Assembly (NCBI GenBank): GCA_965261025.1
Contig: OZ253438.1
Location: forward strand, 990,001 to 1,022,000
DNA length: 32,000 nucleotides
Reading direction: 5' to 3'
Source: Chlamydiales bacterium
Lineage (GTDB): Bacteria > Chlamydiota > Chlamydiia > Chlamydiales > SM23-39
The notes under the pieces are model-generated. The model was not told the DNA's origin. It did no database searches and worked only from the letters and a program-made list of their open reading frames with translations. Positions 1 through 8,910 of this stretch are shown piece by piece. Each line of letters begins with the position of its first letter. Within the stretch, counting starts at the first letter, position 1. Made by a program: the position numbers and the translations under genes.

Positions 1-253
1 TTTGAGAAGCTCGAGCAGAAGAAAAAGAGGCTAAATTGTAAATTTCTTCGGCATCAACATAGAGGGTGTGACAAATATCGTGCTCTATAAAAGAAAACTT
101 AGGATCAGAAAAAAAAGAAGCGATATTCTCCTTGGTCCCAGAAGAGAAATTATCTACACAGACAACTTCGTTCCCTTGCCGCAGAAGTTTTTCACAAAGA
201 TGAGAGCCTAAAAACCCAGCCCCTCCCGCTACTAAACACTTACGCTTTGCCAT
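1..253 (-). CDS. NAD-dependent epimerase/dehydratase (SDR family), UDP-glucuronate decarboxylase (UXS)/ArnA-like. Only the 5' part is present; the gene runs off the left edge.
   Basis: Not in the ORF track because it has no stop codon in the window. My reverse-strand translation from ATG at 253 reads MAKRKCLVAGGAGFLGSHLCEKLLRQGNEVVCVDNFSSGTKENIASFFSDPKFSFIEHDICHTLYVDAEEIYNLAS... It has a GxxGxxG Rossmann motif and the VDNFxxGxKENI / IEHD / IYNLAS pattern I associate with UXS-type enzymes. The start overlaps the stop of the upstream Wzc-like gene by 14 nt. Confidence 0.7.
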   Translation of the reverse strand, partial: MAKRKCLVAGGAGFLGSHLCEKLLRQGNEVVCVDNFSSGTKENIASFFSDPKFSFIEHDICHTLYVDAEEIYNLASFSSARASQ

Positions 254-3110
254 ATCCTCTCAATTCCTTCCTCAGAAAAGCCAACCTTCTCCTCTCCCCA
301 TCATAAGCCCAATCCATAAATGGTTGCAATATTTCTATTGCCTCTTTCTCTAAAGTAACTAACATCTTATCAGAAAAAGAAAAAAATGTTTTGCTCTCTA
401 AAAAAGAAAGCTCATATCGGCTATGTAGAAAAACCCTGTCGTATCTTTGTCTTGCCTGGTTTAAAAAAGAACTAAAAAACTCTGAGGTAAAAAATTCAAC
501 CGAAAACCGGGTCGATCCCCCAGAGGGCAAGTAATCAATACCCTCTCCTTTTTCTAAGGGAAAAGAATCGAAAGAAAGCTCTGACTCTTTCAAGGCTGTA
601 AGAAGACCTTTTTCCTCTTTTTTCTTATAAGGGTTTTGCAAATCGCAATTTACTACTAAAACTTTCTCTTTTTTTTGCACAAACAGTTTTGCTAAAGCAA
701 ATACATAGTTAGGACCCGATGCATTTAGAAGAGAAACTATTTTTGCATTATTTTCTTCTTCTAGGAAAAACCTCATTTCTCTTAAAGTTTCCAGATCTTT
801 GTCAGAAACTTGTTCCAAGCAAACTTCCTTTAACTGAGAAGAAATTTCCCCTAAAAACCGTTGGTTTAATAACTTTAACGTACGAGAAGAAACAGGAAGA
901 CCTTTTATTAAAGCTAAAACAAAGAGAGCTAAAAAACTAAAAAAGGAGAGAATTCCCCCAAAAAGAACCGCTTTTACCAAAAACAGTTTTGAAACAGGTT
1001 TTATAGGAAGAACTGCTTCGTCTAAAGGTTTTGACTCTACTTGAAGCAACTTATTACTCAGGGTTTTGTTTTCGATAAGCTCTGTAATGGTCTGCACCAT
1101 TTTGGCTCCCACTTCTTTTTGCAGAGAAAGGATTTTCTCCTTTTCCATCTGCTCTGGAATCTCGCCTATTTGTTGCTTTACCTGGGATATCTTCTCTAAA
1201 AGATCTTTTTTTTGCCTCTCTATTTGTTTTTTCTTTTTCGCAAAAAATTCCTCTCCTCTAGCTTTTAAAAGGACCAAGGACTGATCTAGTCGGTCCGCTA
1301 TAACGCATTGAAGCATTCTTTGCTTTTGTTTTACTAGATTCAAAGTAGTGGCTTCTACTTTAGAAGAAGCTTCTATATGAGATAAAAGCCCTTTTTTTTC
1401 GAAAGCTATATCTTCATCTAATCTTCTTTTTTCCTTCTCTGTTAAAATCGCTATCTCCTTCCGTTTTGTAGCAAGCTGAGAAAGTCTCCGGATTTTTTCC
1501 TGTCCAACCGAATCTTGTAAAAGAGTCGATAAGGAGCTAAATTCAAAAAAAGTATCTTGAAGTTTTTCTTTTACAAGAGATAGTTGCTTAAGCTTTTCTT
1601 GCAAATTATCTAAGCGATTATGATACAGAATAGATAACTCTTTCGCTGTCTGTAAATCTATCCCTTCTAACTCTTTAGAAACTTCTTCAGAAGAGCTTAC
1701 CCTTTTCTCTAAAATGGCCCTTTCTATCTTTAGCTGACTGATTAAATGCTCTTTGTAGGAAAAAAACTCTTCCTTCCACTCAGAGAAATCTTCCCCCTTA
1801 TTCTCTTGCCAACGCTTCTCCCACAAAGCAAGAGCTCCCACAGGAGGATAGGTGCCTATTTGTCCTTCTTCCAAAGAAACAATCTGCTTTTTTACCTTTT
1901 CTAACTCTTCAGAATATGCCTCTTTTTCTCCTTGTCCAGACAAGAAGAAAGTCTCTCCTTCTGCCCCTTGAAGTCGCAAGGAAAGCTCTAAGCCTTCTTT
2001 TTCTGCAGAAAGCTCCCTGATCTCTTTATAGACACTTTCTATTTCAGGGTCTAAATCCTGCAAAACATTTTGTGCTTGCCCTAAGTCTTTACATCTCTCT
2101 AATTCTTTTTCCACGCTTTGGAGCCTTAATAGCTCTTCCACTTGCTTCTCGTAGCTCTTTGTATAGGCAATAGATTCTTCTTTTGTGGAAAGAAACCCCT
2201 TTTTTTGTATCTTTTTCTCTAAGTAGCCTCCGTATTCCCTAAGGCCTTTTAAAAAAGTATTTTCTATTTCTTCTTGGCGTTTTTTCAAATAAGCAACTTG
2301 ATGCTCTCCCTCTTCTTCCTGCTGTTTTTGAACATATTCCCTATATGCCTCCATTAGCCCGTTAAGGATTGCTACCCCGTCTTTCCTATTTCTTCTTAAT
2401 AAAGAAAGAGACAAAAGCTTCGGGTTTTCCTTATCCTTTTTTATAGAGATATCTGCTCTTAAGCCCTCATAAACAACCTGCCAAGGCATAAGATGAAATG
2501 TATATCTTTTGTTTAGCAAAGCTTTTTTGGGTTTTCCCGAAAGGGTGAAAGAAAAATTAGAAGAGAAAAATGGAACCTTTAGCTCTCCTTGACCTAGTTT
2601 CTTTCCAGAAGAGGAAAATACAAAAAACCTCTTTTCTTCGAAAAACTGCAGAGAAAAAAAAAGAGGGGTTTCCCCCTCAAAAGCTACTTCTCGAAAGGGA
2701 AAGCTTTCTTTTTCGGAAATCTTTGTAAAAAAGGCCCACAAAAGATTTTCCCCCAGATTACGAAAGGCCTTTTTTATAAGACCTCCCCTTTCTTCTTTTA
2801 CCTGCAAGCCCTTTTTCTCAATTAAGGCCTTCATAACTTTTCTAGAACGCATCAAAGAAGCCACCTTTGATTCTTCTTCTGAGGAAGCTTTATCAAAGAA
2901 AAGCGCTTTTAAGGAGTCTTGCGTTCCTGTCTCTTTTTTTCTCTCCAAAAAAGAAGCTACAATCCGGTATTGAACAGGAGTAACTAATGAAAAAAGAAGA
3001 TGGAGGCAAGCTCCAATCAAAAAAATCTGAAAAAAAAGAGGCTTTTTCTTCTGAAAAAACTCCTTGCCCTCTTCCAATGAGAAAATTACTTCGAGAGGAT
3101 CTTTTTTCAT
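240..3110 (-). CDS. Polysaccharide co-polymerase (PCP-2a / Wzc-like) with a greatly extended coiled-coil periplasmic region and a degenerate C-terminal P-loop (BY-kinase-like) domain.
   Basis: 956 aa. TM1 lies near aa 24-43 (LFFQIFLIGACLHLLFSLV), followed by about 665 aa rich in E/K/L/Q heptad-like sequence. The Pro-rich motif AVLPIKPVSK sits immediately before TM2 (LFLVKAVLFGGILSFFSFLALFVLALI), as in Wzz/Wzc proteins. The C-terminal 166 aa keep a Walker A'-like VLVVNCDLQNP, but the Walker A GK[ST] is absent. The start overlaps the wza stop (ATGA). Confidence 0.65.
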   Translation of the reverse strand: MKKDPLEVIFSLEEGKEFFQKKKPLFFQIFLIGACLHLLFSLVTPVQYRIVASFLERKKETGTQDSLKALFFDKASSEEESKVASLMRSRKVMKALIEKKGLQVKEERGGLIKKAFRNLGENLLWAFFTKISEKESFPFREVAFEGETPLFFSLQFFEEKRFFVFSSSGKKLGQGELKVPFFSSNFSFTLSGKPKKALLNKRYTFHLMPWQVVYEGLRADISIKKDKENPKLLSLSLLRRNRKDGVAILNGLMEAYREYVQKQQEEEGEHQVAYLKKRQEEIENTFLKGLREYGGYLEKKIQKKGFLSTKEESIAYTKSYEKQVEELLRLQSVEKELERCKDLGQAQNVLQDLDPEIESVYKEIRELSAEKEGLELSLRLQGAEGETFFLSGQGEKEAYSEELEKVKKQIVSLEEGQIGTYPPVGALALWEKRWQENKGEDFSEWKEEFFSYKEHLISQLKIERAILEKRVSSSEEVSKELEGIDLQTAKELSILYHNRLDNLQEKLKQLSLVKEKLQDTFFEFSSLSTLLQDSVGQEKIRRLSQLATKRKEIAILTEKEKRRLDEDIAFEKKGLLSHIEASSKVEATTLNLVKQKQRMLQCVIADRLDQSLVLLKARGEEFFAKKKKQIERQKKDLLEKISQVKQQIGEIPEQMEKEKILSLQKEVGAKMVQTITELIENKTLSNKLLQVESKPLDEAVLPIKPVSKLFLVKAVLFGGILSFFSFLALFVLALIKGLPVSSRTLKLLNQRFLGEISSQLKEVCLEQVSDKDLETLREMRFFLEEENNAKIVSLLNASGPNYVFALAKLFVQKKEKVLVVNCDLQNPYKKKEEKGLLTALKESELSFDSFPLEKGEGIDYLPSGGSTRFSVEFFTSEFFSSFLNQARQRYDRVFLHSRYELSFLESKTFFSFSDKMLVTLEKEAIEILQPFMDWAYDGERRRLAFLRKELRGYGKA

Positions 3111-4156
3111 GGAACAAAAACCCCCATTCCTCTGCAGGAGTTTCCTACTACATCAATACTTGTAAAGCTAGGTAAAAGCTGCGAAATAAACCGATTCCAC
3201 TCTGTAATCGGTTTTGAAGCCACGTAAACCACATCCCCCGGCATTAGTAAAAGACTGTCATTCGGAAGATGGATCACATGCTCCCAGCTTAGAGTGTAGA
3301 TTTTGGGTTTCAAAATATTCCCTCGGATTATCTGAATATAGGACTTATCCCCCGTATAGGGAATTCCGTTAGCCGCTGCTAGAGCCTCCCTCAAAGAAAG
3401 AAAACCCGCAGGAACATTCAATACCTTGGGAACATTTACCTCCCCCATCACCATTAAAGTAGCAGAGGAAGCTTCTGCTATATAAACCTTGTCTCCTCCT
3501 CTCATGACAATATTTTGAGACATATCTCCCTGCTTTAAAAGCTTGTACAGATCCACTGACAAGGGCTTTTTTTCCCGGATAACATAGCTTTTAAACAGGT
3601 TTGCCTCAGGGGGAACTTTTGCTTTTGATAGAAGGTCAAAAAGACGCATCTTTCCATCCACGGGAACGCTAGAGAGCTGTACCATTCCTGCAAGCTCTAC
3701 TTTTTTACAGGCCCTGTTTTTATAACTTACATAAACCTCTACATCTGCAATCTCTTCACGATAACTTTTTTCTAAAGCCTCCTTTGCTTGAAAAAGGGTC
3801 TTCCCTTCCACACAAACCGGCGGAAGATCTGGAAGATATACTTTTCCCTCCGTTACCGGAAATCCCACTTCGGAACTAATTTCCTGTATCGATTCAGCTA
3901 AGTCTTTTCTTTTAGGATGGTAGATAGCAAGGAAAAGAACGTCTCCAGAATGGATTGTATCTTCATATTCTTCTAAAAGACTCTCAGGCATATGCTCAAA
4001 GGTTTTTCCTTCCATTTCCAGAATGGAAAACTTTCCCTCTTTGATTCGGTAAGAATCTAAAACAAATTCCTCGGCCCCAAAAATCTCCTTCCCCATATAG
4101 GGAGATCCACAAGAGCAAAAAAGCCCCAAAAACAAGGATAAAAAAAGCGCTCTCAT
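3107..4156 (-). CDS. wza: Outer-membrane polysaccharide export protein, Wza family (lipoprotein).
   Basis: 349 aa. The N-terminus MRALFLSLFLGLFCSCGS is lipoprotein-signal-like. A Poly_export-type motif is present (YRIKEGK...IHSGDVLFLAIY). SLBB-like repeats are present (GEVNVPKVLNVPAGFLSLREALAAANGI and MPGDVVYV). It is translationally coupled to the downstream PCP gene. Confidence 0.8.
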   Translation of the reverse strand: MRALFLSLFLGLFCSCGSPYMGKEIFGAEEFVLDSYRIKEGKFSILEMEGKTFEHMPESLLEEYEDTIHSGDVLFLAIYHPKRKDLAESIQEISSEVGFPVTEGKVYLPDLPPVCVEGKTLFQAKEALEKSYREEIADVEVYVSYKNRACKKVELAGMVQLSSVPVDGKMRLFDLLSKAKVPPEANLFKSYVIREKKPLSVDLYKLLKQGDMSQNIVMRGGDKVYIAEASSATLMVMGEVNVPKVLNVPAGFLSLREALAAANGIPYTGDKSYIQIIRGNILKPKIYTLSWEHVIHLPNDSLLLMPGDVVYVASKPITEWNRFISQLLPSFTSIDVVGNSCRGMGVFVP

Positions 4157-4311
4157 ATAAAATAGCCTTCGAACTAAGTCCCATTTTGGGGATTTCCTTT
4201 TTTCTATTCCAGATCTATTGCACCTGTTTTTTTTATCAAACCTACCTTCTCTCTCTTATTTCCTATTTCTGTTAGCAAGTTATTCTCTAAAAAAGGTACA
4301 ATCCCCTCCTC

Positions 4312-5289
4312 ATGAAACGTATCTTCATCACGGGTATAGCGGGCTTTATAGGATTTCATTTAGCTCTTTTTTTCAAAAAAAAAGGCCTGAAAGTCCTGGG
4401 CATAGATAATTTTCATTCCTACTATGATCCCTCTTTAAAAAAACAGAGAGCTTCCCTACTGAAAGAGGAGGGTATCGTTGTTTTCCCTTTAGATATCAAC
4501 CAGACAAGCTCCGTCCGAAATCTTTTAGAGAAAGAAAAAATTACCCACGTAGTTCATCTAGCAGCACAACCTGGCGTAAGACACCCTATCCTTTATGACT
4601 ATGTAAAAAGCAATCTAGAGGGTTTTGCTTCTCTACTAGACGCTATGAAAGACTTTTCGCTTCCCCTTCTTTTTGCCTCTTCTTCCTCTGTATATGGAAA
4701 AAACGAAAAAATTCCCTTTGAAGAAACCGATCTAACCGAAGATCCCGCCAGTTTCTACGGAGCTACCAAAAAAGCAAATGAGTTAATGGCAAAAAGTTTT
4801 CATTATACCTACGGGTTTCCCATAATAGGGTTTCGTTTTTTCACTGTATACGGCCCTTGGGGAAGGCCTGATATGGCCTATTTTTCCTTTACCAAGAAAA
4901 TTTTAAACGGAGAACCTATTTCTCTTTTTAAAGAGGGGAAGCTCCAAAGAGATTTCACCTATATCGAGGACATTTTACCAGCCCTTTATAACGCTTTAGA
5001 TTTTAACGCTTCCTTCGAAATTTTTAACTTAGGCCATACGCAACCTCATCCCGTGGAAAAGCTTCTCTTTTTCTTAGAAAAATTTTTAGGAAAAAAGGCA
5101 AAGGTGGAAAAAATCAAAGAAGATAAAAAAGAGCCTCTTATAACCTTTGCTAACAGTGAAAAAGCAAAAAGACTCCTAGGGTTTTCTCCTTCCGTTTCTT
5201 TAGAAGAAGGTCTCTTTCGTTTTACTTCTTGGTACCATCTATACCACCGTTGTTCAAAAAAATTAGATACAACCTCGTTGCCTTTATAA
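4312..5289 (+). CDS. UDP-glucuronate 4-epimerase (NAD-dependent SDR, GAE/Cap1J type).
   Basis: 325 aa with GIAGFIGFHL (GxxGxxG) and a YGATKKANE catalytic YxxxK. The long block FRFFTVYGPWGRPDMAYFSFTKKILNGEPI is nearly identical to the signature I remember for UDP-GlcA 4-epimerases. It is divergent from the wza operon. Confidence 0.8.
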   Translation: MKRIFITGIAGFIGFHLALFFKKKGLKVLGIDNFHSYYDPSLKKQRASLLKEEGIVVFPLDINQTSSVRNLLEKEKITHVVHLAAQPGVRHPILYDYVKSNLEGFASLLDAMKDFSLPLLFASSSSVYGKNEKIPFEETDLTEDPASFYGATKKANELMAKSFHYTYGFPIIGFRFFTVYGPWGRPDMAYFSFTKKILNGEPISLFKEGKLQRDFTYIEDILPALYNALDFNASFEIFNLGHTQPHPVEKLLFFLEKFLGKKAKVEKIKEDKKEPLITFANSEKAKRLLGFSPSVSLEEGLFRFTSWYHLYHRCSKKLDTTSLPL

Positions 5290-5298
5290 GCGCCTATA

Positions 5299-6849
5299 TC
5301 AGTTCATCCTTTTTTGAAAAAGAGGGAGTGTTTCTAATCCGGTAAGCAACATAAGTTGCTGAAATGCCTTCGGCAAATTTTCCACAAGATCGGAAGCGAT
5401 AAGACTATAGGAACTTTTCTCTCTGGCACTAATTTCTCCTGCGATGCCGTGCAAGGTAGCTCCTAAAAAAACGGCCTGCAAAAATGCCATCCCTTGAGCT
5501 AACAAAGCAGCTATTATCCCAGTTAACACATCCCCAGTTCCTGCTGTTGCCATTCCAGGATCTCCAAAAGGAGCAATAAATGGCTTATATCCAGAATAAA
5601 AAATAAAAGAAGGGGCCCCTTTTACGAGAAGAATCACTTCTTTTTCTTCTGCATACTTCTGACAATCTATAAAAAACTCCCTCTCTATCTGATATTCTTT
5701 TCCTAAAAGTCTTTCCATCTCCTTTTTGTGAGGCGTTAAGATACTATTTTTAGGGATTTTTATCTTCGTTTGAGCAAGGAAAAAAAGAGCATCTGCATCC
5801 ACTACTAAGGGAACCTTTATCAGGACAAGGATCTTTTCTAAAAAAGCCAATACCTTTTTCTCCCTTCCTATTCCAGGTCCTATATACACTGCCTTAGCTC
5901 GCTTTAGCTCTTCTTGTATTTTCTCTGTTTCTAAAAAAGAACCAGAAATTACCTCTGCAGGAAATTCTTCTGTTTTTTTTTCTGCCATGAAAAAAATCTT
6001 TACCATTCCTGCTCCCGATCTCAGACAAGCTAAAGAAGAAAGTTTCGCCGCTCCCATCATGGAAGAGGAGCCAGAAAGGCCCACTACCAATCCTGCTTGA
6101 TATTTATGTCTTTTCCTAGAAATTTTTGGTAAAAGAGCTGCTAATTTTTCCTGTCTTAAAAAGAAAAAAGAGGCCTTGGCTTTTTTTTCCTTAAAAGCAG
6201 GAAGACCAAAAGAGACCTTTTCAATTTTCCCAACCACATTCCATCCCTTTTCTAAAAAATATCCCGTTTTATAAAAACCCAAAGCAATTGTACTAATGCT
6301 TTCTATGCAAAGGGTCTTTATTTCTCCTGTATCTGCATCCAATCCTGAAGGAATATCTATAGCAAAAATGGGAAGATTACTTTCATTTGCCTTTTCTACC
6401 AAATCCTTTAAAGGTTCTTGCAAAGAGCCTTTAAATCCTGTCCCTAAAAGGGCATCTATAATTACCCCTTTCTCTCCAAAAAGTTTTTCAGCAGCAGGGG
6501 AAAAAACCCTTCCTCCTTGTGCCTCAAAAGCTTTTCTTTTTTTTTGTGCAAGAGGGGTTAACTGATCTAGCGAAAAAGGGGAGTAAGCCATTATTTCATA
6601 GCCTTTTTCTAGAAAAAGAGAAGCTACAGCGTACCCATCTCCCCCATTATTTCCCTTTCCTAAGAGAAAAAAGAGTTTTTTCTCCTTTGTTTTCTGTAAA
6701 AAAGCTTCTACTTTCTGAAACACCTGCTTAGCTGCTTCCTCCATAAAAGACTCTTCTAAACAGCCTTCTTGTATAGCTTCTTTTTCAAGCTCTCTTCCTT
6801 CTTCAGCTGTAATTACTTTTTCTAAAAAAGGAAAAAGATCCTTCTTCAA
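5299..6849 (-). CDS. nnr: Bifunctional NAD(P)H-hydrate repair enzyme (NAD(P)HX epimerase / ADP-dependent dehydratase).
   Basis: 516 aa. The N-terminal YjeF_N motif is GKGNNGGDGY. The C-terminal carbohydrate-kinase motif is TAGTGDVLTGIIAALLAQG. The start codon is TTG (6849-6847) and overlaps the gpsA TGA (TTGA). Confidence 0.85.
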   Translation of the reverse strand: MKKDLFPFLEKVITAEEGRELEKEAIQEGCLEESFMEEAAKQVFQKVEAFLQKTKEKKLFFLLGKGNNGGDGYAVASLFLEKGYEIMAYSPFSLDQLTPLAQKKRKAFEAQGGRVFSPAAEKLFGEKGVIIDALLGTGFKGSLQEPLKDLVEKANESNLPIFAIDIPSGLDADTGEIKTLCIESISTIALGFYKTGYFLEKGWNVVGKIEKVSFGLPAFKEKKAKASFFFLRQEKLAALLPKISRKRHKYQAGLVVGLSGSSSMMGAAKLSSLACLRSGAGMVKIFFMAEKKTEEFPAEVISGSFLETEKIQEELKRAKAVYIGPGIGREKKVLAFLEKILVLIKVPLVVDADALFFLAQTKIKIPKNSILTPHKKEMERLLGKEYQIEREFFIDCQKYAEEKEVILLVKGAPSFIFYSGYKPFIAPFGDPGMATAGTGDVLTGIIAALLAQGMAFLQAVFLGATLHGIAGEISAREKSSYSLIASDLVENLPKAFQQLMLLTGLETLPLFQKRMN

Positions 6850-7844
6850 AGCTGCTCCTCTTTAATTACCCTTTTTAATAAAGCCTTTACTGCATCTTTA
6901 GGATTCATGTTTTTATATAAGATCGCATGGATAACTTCTGTAATGGGGATATCTATATGATGCTTTTTCCCAAGCTCTAAAGCAGAAACACAAGTATAGG
7001 CGCCCTCTACTGCCATCCCTATCTCTTCTTTTGCTTCTTCTAAATCAAGGCCTGCTGCTATCAATTTTCCAAAGCGATAATTACGACTTAGTTTAGAAAG
7101 ACAAGTCACACACAAATCGCCCATCCCCGAAAGACCATTTAGGGTCTCTTTGTTACATTTTTGTGATTTAGAAAGCTTTCTCATTTCATGAAGCCCTCTC
7201 GTCATAAGAGCGGCCTTAGTATTATCTCCAAAGCCCAGTCCATCAGAAATACCACAAGCAATCGCTATAATATTTTTCATAGCAGCTCCAAATAAAACAC
7301 CTCGAATATCTGAATTGGGATAAACCCGGAAATGGGAAGCATTAAATAGCGCTAAGATAAGCTGACTTACTTTAGGATCAAAAGAGGCTGCTACTACTGA
7401 AGTAGGAATGGCCTGCATTACTTCTTCTGCATGGCTTGGACCACTCAAACACCCCAACAAAGAGGGATCTTTGTGAGGAAGAACTTCTAAAATTACATCA
7501 CAAAGTAGCAACCCTGTTTTTTGCTCAATCCCTTTAGAAGTTAAAATGATAGGCAGTGGTTTCTCTCCTATTTTTATCACCTTCTCAAAAACCGGCCGAA
7601 TCCCTGCAGAAGTTACGCTTTCTACGATTACCTCTGCTTTTTGCAAAGCCTCTTTTAAATCTTCCGTAAAAATAAGGGTATCAGGTGCTTTACACGGTCC
7701 GAGCTTGGGATGCTCCCTCGTTGTTTTTAAGTGCTCTACCAAGCTTTTTTCTCGAGCCCAAAGGACTACTTCATGCCCATTTTCTGCTAGAAGACAGGCC
7801 AGAGCAAATCCCCAAGTTCCAGCTCCTAAATAAGCTATTTTCAT
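6846..7844 (-). CDS. gpsA: NAD(P)H-dependent glycerol-3-phosphate dehydrogenase.
   Basis: 332 aa. It starts MKIAYLGAGTWGFALACLLAENGHEV (GxGxWG Rossmann motif), has LSGPSHAEEV, and shows the GpsA family pattern throughout. Confidence 0.9.
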   Translation of the reverse strand: MKIAYLGAGTWGFALACLLAENGHEVVLWAREKSLVEHLKTTREHPKLGPCKAPDTLIFTEDLKEALQKAEVIVESVTSAGIRPVFEKVIKIGEKPLPIILTSKGIEQKTGLLLCDVILEVLPHKDPSLLGCLSGPSHAEEVMQAIPTSVVAASFDPKVSQLILALFNASHFRVYPNSDIRGVLFGAAMKNIIAIACGISDGLGFGDNTKAALMTRGLHEMRKLSKSQKCNKETLNGLSGMGDLCVTCLSKLSRNYRFGKLIAAGLDLEEAKEEIGMAVEGAYTCVSALELGKKHHIDIPITEVIHAILYKNMNPKDAVKALLKRVIKEEQL

Positions 7845-8016
7845 GTTTCATCTCAATGTAACTGCGATCAAAAAGCTCCCTTCTCTTCCTAAAAAAGCAG
7901 GGTGAGTATATTCCCATTGTACAGAATCTAGAAAAAAAAGAAATTTTTTCACATTGAGATTTTTTAGTTTTTAAAAATACAGAAATTCTTTGGTTTTTTA
8001 AGAAGATAATCTATTT

Positions 8017-8910
8017 CTAATCAAGATGATTCCGTACCTCTTCCACAGAAATTGTGGAGAGATCTCGATAAGCTCCTATTAAGGGAATATGCTCTAAACC
8101 AGGGTTAGGAGAATCTACTTTCTGTTTTAAAATTCCCTGATTGGGATCAGCCCATAGGGAAATCACTTTAATAGGAAAGAATGCTTCTAAATAGTAGGTC
8201 ATGGACAAAACCCCTGAGTCAGGAGCCACCAGATACTGACACCGATTCTTGATCAAAGAAAGCATCTGATACAAAGAGGTTTTTCCTCGTAAATCAATCA
8301 CATTTTCTTGAGGAAAAATCGGATTTTTTTGAAATCCAAATAAAAGAAAATAGCAAGTTTTTTGCGTTTGTAAAAAAAGCCTATGCCAGTTTTTCTCTGG
8401 CCAATTTCTCCAAAGGCCGTAAGAGGTTTCTGCATTGACCTGCACCCCTACAACGGCTTTGTCTTTGGGTACAGAAAACCCTGTAGCCAAAGTATCATAC
8501 TCCGGTTTCCACCTAAGTTTGGGAGTCACTTTGCCCAGCTGCCATTTTACCCAATAAGTAGGATTGGGTTTTTCTAGGATAATGTCAAAGCCCTCTCTTT
8601 TTATTTGCAGCTCTTTTAAGGTCTTTTCTACCTCATAAGGTTCCCCTCTTTTCCAATTCGGCGCTATCAGGGTTTTTACCCCCGGTAAAAGAGAAAACCC
8701 CTCCTTTAGATTTTGTCTTATTAAGAAGGTGATCTCCGCTTCGGGAATTTTCTCCCGAATCCTTTGACAAATAGCATAAAGTCCTAAAGCGATATCCCCT
8801 AATCCTCGATTCCAGGCCAATAAAAACCGCTTCTTTCCCCTTTTTTTAGCCTTTTTCAAAAGACTGTCTAAAGGATTAGGAGAAAGGCTACGAAGAAAAG
8901 TTCTAAACAT
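8017..8910 (-). CDS. Glycosyltransferase family 9-like protein (short, divergent heptosyltransferase-type).
   Basis: 297 aa. RFLLAWNRGLGDIALGLYAICQRIREKIPEAEITFLIR resembles the GT9 N-terminal LGD motif, and LVAPDSGVLSM resembles the GT9 C-terminal DSGxxH region. Its ATG overlaps the stop of the upstream GT9 gene by 8 nt. Confidence 0.5.
   Translation of the reverse strand: MFRTFLRSLSPNPLDSLLKKAKKRGKKRFLLAWNRGLGDIALGLYAICQRIREKIPEAEITFLIRQNLKEGFSLLPGVKTLIAPNWKRGEPYEVEKTLKELQIKREGFDIILEKPNPTYWVKWQLGKVTPKLRWKPEYDTLATGFSVPKDKAVVGVQVNAETSYGLWRNWPEKNWHRLFLQTQKTCYFLLFGFQKNPIFPQENVIDLRGKTSLYQMLSLIKNRCQYLVAPDSGVLSMTYYLEAFFPIKVISLWADPNQGILKQKVDSPNPGLEHIPLIGAYRDLSTISVEEVRNHLD

Noticed and set aside
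719-1284. Plus-strand ORFs 719-940 and 1066-1284, and similar 60-115-aa antisense or alternative-frame ORFs elsewhere (for example 6296-6731, 7546-7833, 9081-9371, 18792-19133, 19818-20245, 22630-22974, 23791-24200).
   Set aside because: They lie entirely within longer, motif-supported genes on the opposite strand or in another frame. Their low-complexity F/L/S/K-rich translations are typical of antisense AT-rich coding DNA.
7850-7960. A 10-bp inverted repeat, ATCTCAATGT (7850-7859) and ACATTGAGAT (7951-7960), flanking 91 nt upstream of gpsA.
   Set aside because: It is a single short AT-rich repeat pair with a long spacer and could arise by chance. It has no associated transposase, no terminal-repeat context and no second copy in the window.
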